The notes below the pieces were generated by a model, which saw only the letters and a program-made list of their open reading frames with translations, made no database searches and was not told where the DNA came from. From an uncultured Clostridia bacterium (GTDB lineage Bacteria > Bacillota > Clostridia > Oscillospirales > Acutalibacteraceae): a DNA stretch of 30,752 nt. The stretch lies in the NCBI GenBank assembly GCA_905236975.1, contig CAJOQU010000182.1, positions 1 through 30,752 of the forward strand, written 5' to 3'. Of the stretch, positions 26,000 through 30,752 are shown in pieces; position 1 is the first letter of the stretch; each line of letters begins with the position of its first letter. The translations under genes were made by a program, and so were the position numbers.

Positions 26000-26116
26000 C
26001 AAAATGCCGCAAAGGGGTGCGCCGGTCGGCCTCCCTGGCACCAATTTGCAAAACCGGCGGGGCAAACCCGCCGCGGGAATACTTTGTGAATTTAAAAATT
26101 GAAAGGAATCAATATT

Positions 26117-26917
26117 ATGGCACAGTCTCCTTATGAAATCAAAAAGGAAATCTGCGAAATCGGCAAACGGATCTACGATCACGGCTTTGTCGCCGCGAAT
26201 GACGGCAACATTTCGGTCAAGGTGAGCCCCAACGAATATTACTGCACCCCGACCGGCGTGTCAAAAGGCTACATGACGCCTGACATGATTATCAAGATCG
26301 ATGGCCAGGGCAACAAGTTAGAGGGCAGACTGAATCCCTCGTCCGAAATCAAAATGCACCTGCGCGTTTATCAGGAGCGCCCCGATGTCAACGCCGTGGT
26401 GCACGCTCACCCGCCGGTGGCCACCGCCTTCACCGTGGCCGGTGTAGAGCTGAATCAATACATCCTGCCCGAGGCGATTTTGACCATTGGCAATGTTCCC
26501 ACCTGCGATTACGGCATGCCCTCCACCATGGAGATCCCCGAATCACTGATGCCTTACATCCAACAGCATGACGCGTTTCTGCTTAAGAATCACGGCGCGC
26601 TGACCGTGGGCAACACCCTGACCCGTGCCTGCTTCACCATGGAAGAGGTGGAGTTTAACGCCAAGATCAATCTGTACGCCCGCCAGATCGGCGTCGGCGC
26701 CAACAGCCATATTGAAGAAATCTCCTGCCATGAGCTGGAAAGATTGATGGAACTGCGCAAAAAGATGGGTCTGCCCGGCAAACACCCCGGCTGCCAGAAA
26801 TGCCCGAACAAGGGTACTGCCAACTGCAAATGTAAGGATTGTGCCGGCGCCGCTCCCGCTGCCGACGAGCAGTTGGTGGCCGAAATCACTAAGAAAGTTC
26901 TCGCCGCGTTAGGTTGA
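26117..26917 (+). CDS. Class II aldolase (FucA/fuculose-1-phosphate aldolase-like) with a C-terminal BMC encapsulation peptide
   Basis: Motifs DGNIS, PSSEIKMH, the Zn ligands HAH and NHG, and a C-terminal amphipathic helix DEQLVAEITKKVLAALG. Start set at ATG 26117. Confidence 0.9.
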   Translation: MAQSPYEIKKEICEIGKRIYDHGFVAANDGNISVKVSPNEYYCTPTGVSKGYMTPDMIIKIDGQGNKLEGRLNPSSEIKMHLRVYQERPDVNAVVHAHPPVATAFTVAGVELNQYILPEAILTIGNVPTCDYGMPSTMEIPESLMPYIQQHDAFLLKNHGALTVGNTLTRACFTMEEVEFNAKINLYARQIGVGANSHIEEISCHELERLMELRKKMGLPGKHPGCQKCPNKGTANCKCKDCAGAAPAADEQLVAEITKKVLAALG

Positions 26918-26960
26918 TGCGAATCTGACTCATCAAATAACGGAAAAGGAGAGAACAAGC

Positions 26961-28418
26961 ATGGCTATCAACTGGACAGAGGCACAGGTCGAGGAGCTTG
27001 TCGCCAAGGTTGTGAAGGAGATTCGCTCTGAGCAGTCTGTTCCTCAAAAGAACTGGGATGCCACCCAATATAACGGGCGTAAATTCAAAGGCGTTTACGC
27101 CACTATGGAAGAGGCCATCGCCGCCGCCGAGGCGGGTTACAAAGCCATCCGCTCCATGAGCGTGGCGGAACGTGAAAAGCTGATCACCTCTATTCGAACA
27201 TATTGCCGCGCCGAAGCCGCCACTTTAGCGCAGTTGGGCGTGGCGGAAACCAAAATGGGTCGCGTAGACCATAAAACCGCTAAACATATTTTGGTGGCGG
27301 ATAAGACCCCCGGCACCGAGGATATCGTAGCCGAGGCAAAAACGGGCGACAACGGCCTGACCTTGACCGAGCGCGCACCCTTCGGTGTGGTGGGCGCCAT
27401 TACCCCGTCAACCAACCCGTCGGAGACGGTTATCTGCAACAGCATCGGCATGATCGCGGCCGGCAACGGCGTGGTCTTTAACCCCCATCCCGGCGCCATT
27501 GCGACCTCCAACTACGCGGTCGATCTGGTCAACCGTGCGGTTCATGCCGCAGGCGGCCCCGAGGTGCTGGTTGCCTCGATGATCAAACCCACGCTTGACA
27601 GCGCCAACGTGATGTATAAGCACCCTTCCATTCGTCTGCTGGTCTGCACCGGCGGTCCCGGCGTGGTGCGGTCGGTACTGTCTTCGGGCAAAAAAGCCAT
27701 CGGCGCGGGTGCGGGCAACCCCCCTGTCATTGTGGATGACACGGCCGACATTGATAAGGCCGCCAAAGACATTATCGACGGCTGCACCTTTGACAATAAC
27801 CTTCCCTGCATTGCCGAAAAAGAAGTTTTCGTGTTTGAAAACGTGGCCGACCGCCTGATTGCCGGCATGCAGAAAAACGGCTGTATTCTGCTGACACGCC
27901 AACAGGCCGACGCCTTAGCCGAGGTGGTTCTGGTCAAAAAGACCGATCCCAAGACCGGCAAGACCTCTTATGCCGTCAGCCGCGAATGTGTCGGGCGTGA
28001 CGCCCGCGTGATTTTGGAAAAGATCGGCGTTCACGTCGGTCCCGAGATCCGCTGTGCCATTGCCGAGGTGCCGTTTGACCACCTGTTCGTTCAGCAGGAG
28101 CTGATGATGCCGATTTTAGGCATCGTGCGGGTCAAAGACATTGACGAAGCCATTGACCTTGCCTGCAAGGCCGAACACGGCAACCGCCACACCGCGCATA
28201 TGCATTCCAAAAACATTGACAATCTCTCTCGCTTTGCCAAAGCGGTAGAGACCACCATTTTCGTCAAAAACGCTCCCTCCTACGCCGGGATCGGTTTCGG
28301 CGGCGAAGGCCACACCACCTTCACCATTGCCGGCCCGACCGGAGAGGGCATCACCTCGGCCAAAAGCTTTACCCGGCTTCGCCGCTGTGTGATGGCGGAT
28401 CATTTTCGTATTATTTAA
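26961..28418 (+). CDS. CoA-acylating aldehyde dehydrogenase (PduP/EutE family) with an N-terminal encapsulation peptide
   Basis: 485 aa. Motifs TPSTNP, GGPGVV, GAGNPP, catalytic LPCIAEKE and ELMMP. N-terminal helix EAQVEELVAKVVKEI. Confidence 0.93.
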   Translation: MAINWTEAQVEELVAKVVKEIRSEQSVPQKNWDATQYNGRKFKGVYATMEEAIAAAEAGYKAIRSMSVAEREKLITSIRTYCRAEAATLAQLGVAETKMGRVDHKTAKHILVADKTPGTEDIVAEAKTGDNGLTLTERAPFGVVGAITPSTNPSETVICNSIGMIAAGNGVVFNPHPGAIATSNYAVDLVNRAVHAAGGPEVLVASMIKPTLDSANVMYKHPSIRLLVCTGGPGVVRSVLSSGKKAIGAGAGNPPVIVDDTADIDKAAKDIIDGCTFDNNLPCIAEKEVFVFENVADRLIAGMQKNGCILLTRQQADALAEVVLVKKTDPKTGKTSYAVSRECVGRDARVILEKIGVHVGPEIRCAIAEVPFDHLFVQQELMMPILGIVRVKDIDEAIDLACKAEHGNRHTAHMHSKNIDNLSRFAKAVETTIFVKNAPSYAGIGFGGEGHTTFTIAGPTGEGITSAKSFTRLRRCVMADHFRII

Positions 28419-28431
28419 AGGGGGAACAACA

Positions 28432-29652
28432 ATGGATATTACCTCAAATCAAATCGAGGCGATCGTTCGCCAGGTATTGGGTTCCATGGGAACAACGGCG
28501 GCTTCCGCGCCCGCCGGACCCCTGCCCAAAACCGCCAAAGTCGCCATGCTGGTCGACTCCAAGAAGATCGAAGTGCAGGAGGTGCCGATTCCCGAGCTTG
28601 GGCCGGATGATATTCTGGTTCGCGTAGAGGGTGCAGGCATTTGCGGTACCGATGTGCATGAATGGCGGCAGGATCCGTTTGGCCTGATGCCGGTCGTGCT
28701 GGGGCACGAAGGCACCGGCGAAGTGGTCTACCTTGGTTCCAACATTAAGTCCGATACCGCGGGAAAACCCTTAAAAGTGGGCGATAAGCTGGTGACCTCG
28801 GTCATTTCGTGCGGCGAATGCTACGCTTGCCGCATGACGCCCGGCCGCACCAATTTGTGTGATAAACAGGGTGTTTTTGGTCTGATTGGCGATAAACGCG
28901 GCACCGAAGAGGGCAACCGCGCCAACGGCTGGTTTGCCGACTACATGCTGATTCGCGGTCACGGCACCACCTATTTTCAGGTGAATGAACTGAACCTGAA
29001 ACAACGCATGATCTTAGAACTGGCCTGCGTGTGCGTGCATGCGCTGGAGCGCAGCCAGTCAACCGGTCTTTTGAACTTCGGTTCCAAAGTGCTGGTGCAG
29101 GGCTGCGGCCCGGTGGGACTGGTGATGATCACGGTTCTGCGCGCCGCGGGCATTAACCACATCATCGCGGTGGACGGCAACGAAGACCGCTTAAAGGTCG
29201 CCGAGCGGATGGGCGCTAAAACCACCGTCTGTTTCAAACGGCCGGAGGAAGACACGCTGGAAAAGCGTGCCGCCAAGGTCAAGTCTGTGGCCAATGGCGT
29301 GGGCGTGGATTTTGCTTTCCAATGCACCGGCGCGCCCATTGCAGCGGCTGACATTTACGAGTACATCCGCCGCGGCGGCGGCATGTGCGAGATGGGCTTC
29401 TTTGTGAACAACGGCGAATATTCGATCAATCCGCACTTTGCCATGTGCAACAAAGAAATCAATATCGTCGGTTCGTGGGATTACAGCGCCGAAGATTACC
29501 CCAAAACGGTAGCCTTCTTAAAGCAATGCGCCGAAATGAATATTCCCATTGAAGAACTGATTACCCATTCCTTCCCACTGGATCAAATGAACGAAGCGAT
29601 GGAGACCAACGTGGCGCAAAAAGGCATTAAAATCTGCTACATTGCCAAGTAA
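28432..29652 (+). CDS. Zn-dependent MDR alcohol dehydrogenase with an N-terminal encapsulation peptide
   Basis: 406 aa. Motifs GICGTD, GHEGTG, the structural Zn site CGECYAC...C and GCGPVG. N-terminal helix NQIEAIVRQVLGSM. Confidence 0.92.
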   Translation: MDITSNQIEAIVRQVLGSMGTTAASAPAGPLPKTAKVAMLVDSKKIEVQEVPIPELGPDDILVRVEGAGICGTDVHEWRQDPFGLMPVVLGHEGTGEVVYLGSNIKSDTAGKPLKVGDKLVTSVISCGECYACRMTPGRTNLCDKQGVFGLIGDKRGTEEGNRANGWFADYMLIRGHGTTYFQVNELNLKQRMILELACVCVHALERSQSTGLLNFGSKVLVQGCGPVGLVMITVLRAAGINHIIAVDGNEDRLKVAERMGAKTTVCFKRPEEDTLEKRAAKVKSVANGVGVDFAFQCTGAPIAAADIYEYIRRGGGMCEMGFFVNNGEYSINPHFAMCNKEINIVGSWDYSAEDYPKTVAFLKQCAEMNIPIEELITHSFPLDQMNEAMETNVAQKGIKICYIAK

Positions 29653-29663
29653 GGAGTTTTGGT

Positions 29664-30020
29664 ATGGCAGCGCTTGGAATGATCGAAGTATACGGCTTTG
29701 CCACCTCGGTGGTCGTGGCCGACGCCGTCGCCAAAGCGGCGGATGTGCGGATCGTTGCGATTGACCGCAATAAACCCGCAAACGCAGATCAGTGCGAAGT
29801 GCCGCTGGTCATGATCGTCAAGTTTGAAGGGGACCCGGCCGCCGTCACCGCCGCGCATGACGCGGGTGTGGCCGTTGCGAAAGAACGAGGACTCTTCATC
29901 ACATCCAAAATCAACGCGGGACTTTCATCTGAAGTCGAATGGTTCGCCCATTTGTCGGCCTTGGGGCGTGACAAGCTCCGCAACCTAAATCCTGATAACG
30001 GCACACGCCGAGGATCATAA
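29664..30020 (+). CDS. Divergent BMC-H shell protein
   Basis: 118 aa. ALGMIEV...ADAVAKAADV...VKFEGDPAAV matches the BMC domain. It has a loop insertion and a C-terminal extension. Confidence 0.85.
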   Translation: MAALGMIEVYGFATSVVVADAVAKAADVRIVAIDRNKPANADQCEVPLVMIVKFEGDPAAVTAAHDAGVAVAKERGLFITSKINAGLSSEVEWFAHLSALGRDKLRNLNPDNGTRRGS

Positions 30021-30058
30021 AAAAACAAAAAACTGAAATTTCTTAGGAGGAAATCAAT

Positions 30059-30334
30059 ATGTATGAAGCTCTTGGAATGGTAGAGACCCGCGGTCTTGTT
30101 GCCGCAATCGAAGCCGCCGATGCCATGGTCAAAGCGGCCAACGTGGTGCTGATCGGTTCCGAAAAGATCGGTTCCGGCCTTGTCAGCGTGATGGTTCGCG
30201 GTGACGTCGGCGCGGTAAAATCGGCAGTTGAGGCAGGTGGCGCCGCCGCCGGCAGACTGGGTGAAGTGGTAGCGACCCATGTCATCCCCAGACCGCATGA
30301 AGATGTAAACAAGCTGTTGCCCTCGCTCGATTAA
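30059..30334 (+). CDS. Canonical BMC-H shell protein (PduA/EutM-like)
   Basis: 91 aa. Motifs [28 protein letters not shown] and HVIPRPH. Confidence 0.96.
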   Translation: MYEALGMVETRGLVAAIEAADAMVKAANVVLIGSEKIGSGLVSVMVRGDVGAVKSAVEAGGAAAGRLGEVVATHVIPRPHEDVNKLLPSLD

Positions 30335-30345
30335 GGTCGTTTTTC

Positions 30346-30627
30346 ATGGAAGAGGCAATCGCACTGCTCGAAGTACAGGCAATGGTGACCGCCATTGTCG
30401 GCCTTGACGCGATGAGCAAGGCCGCCAACGTGAGGTTGATTCACGTGGAAAAACGCCTGGGCGGTCGTCTGGTCACGGTAGTCGTGGCAGGTTCCGTCTC
30501 GGCAGTGACTGCCGCCGCCGAGGCCGGAAAAGCCGCCGCCGCGCAGGTAGGTAACGTCAAACTGTGCGAGGTGATCGCGCGCCCGCACCCCGAAGTCATG
30601 AAGTTTCTTAGAACCGACCCGGTGTAA
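30346..30627 (+). CDS. BMC-H shell protein (variant pore loop)
   Basis: 93 aa. Motifs DAMSKAANV, KRLGGRLV, AGSVSAV and VIARPH. Confidence 0.92.
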   Translation: MEEAIALLEVQAMVTAIVGLDAMSKAANVRLIHVEKRLGGRLVTVVVAGSVSAVTAAAEAGKAAAAQVGNVKLCEVIARPHPEVMKFLRTDPV

Positions 30628-30703
30628 ACCGCCGGTTTCTAAGCGGCTGATAATTGCATAAGCAAACACAAATCTGAAAATTTTCTTTAGGAGGAAAATC
30701 AAT

Positions 30704-30752
30704 ATGTATGAAGCTCTTGGAATGGTAGAGACCCGCGGTCTTGTTGCCGCAA
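30704..30752 (+). CDS. BMC-H shell protein, 5' fragment truncated by the window end
   Basis: SD AGGAGG, then [16 protein letters not shown]. The 49 nt are identical to 30059-30107. Confidence 0.85.
   Translation, partial: MYEALGMVETRGLVAA

Noticed and set aside
26000-26090. c-di-GMP-I riboswitch suggested by GGGCAAACC and GCAAAG
   Set aside because: The elements are in the wrong order and there is no GAAA tetraloop/receptor stem.
30331-30702. Minus-strand 123-aa ORF
   Set aside because: It is an antisense shadow of the BMC-H gene 30346-30627.
1-30752. IS elements, integrases, prophage genes, tRNA/rRNA, known defence systems
   Set aside because: I recognised no transposase, recombinase or phage motif, no terminal repeats with target duplication and no cloverleaf or rRNA signature.

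Overview
Chromosomal window from a moderately GC-rich Bacillota genome, most likely Clostridia (inferred from gene content, sigmaA-type promoters and strong SD sites). From left to right it holds: prs divergent from cysK; a GlpP-type attenuated operon (glpP, an MgtC-family gene, a three-gene flavin/Fe-S G3P-dehydrogenase-like module, a HAD-IIA phosphatase) with no glpK or glpF; a small acidic orphan ORF; a seven-gene minus-strand teichoic-acid-like locus (three CDP-alditol phosphotransferases, an IspD/TarI-like cytidylyltransferase, an extended SDR, a TagG/TagH-type exporter); malQ with an orphan sugar-binding lipoprotein; a DegV protein; trkAH; a frameshifted XRE HTH gene; and the 5' part of a bacterial microcompartment (BMC) locus. 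The BMC locus comprises a propionate-type AckA, a class II aldolase, an acylating aldehyde dehydrogenase, a Zn alcohol dehydrogenase and four BMC-H genes, the last cut off by the window edge. I found no rRNA, tRNA, CRISPR array or mobile element. All family calls come from motif recognition by eye, not database searches. The best leads look like variants of known systems rather than a proven new system: the fucose/rhamnose-type BMC, the kinase-less glp operon and the alditol-phosphate polymer locus.
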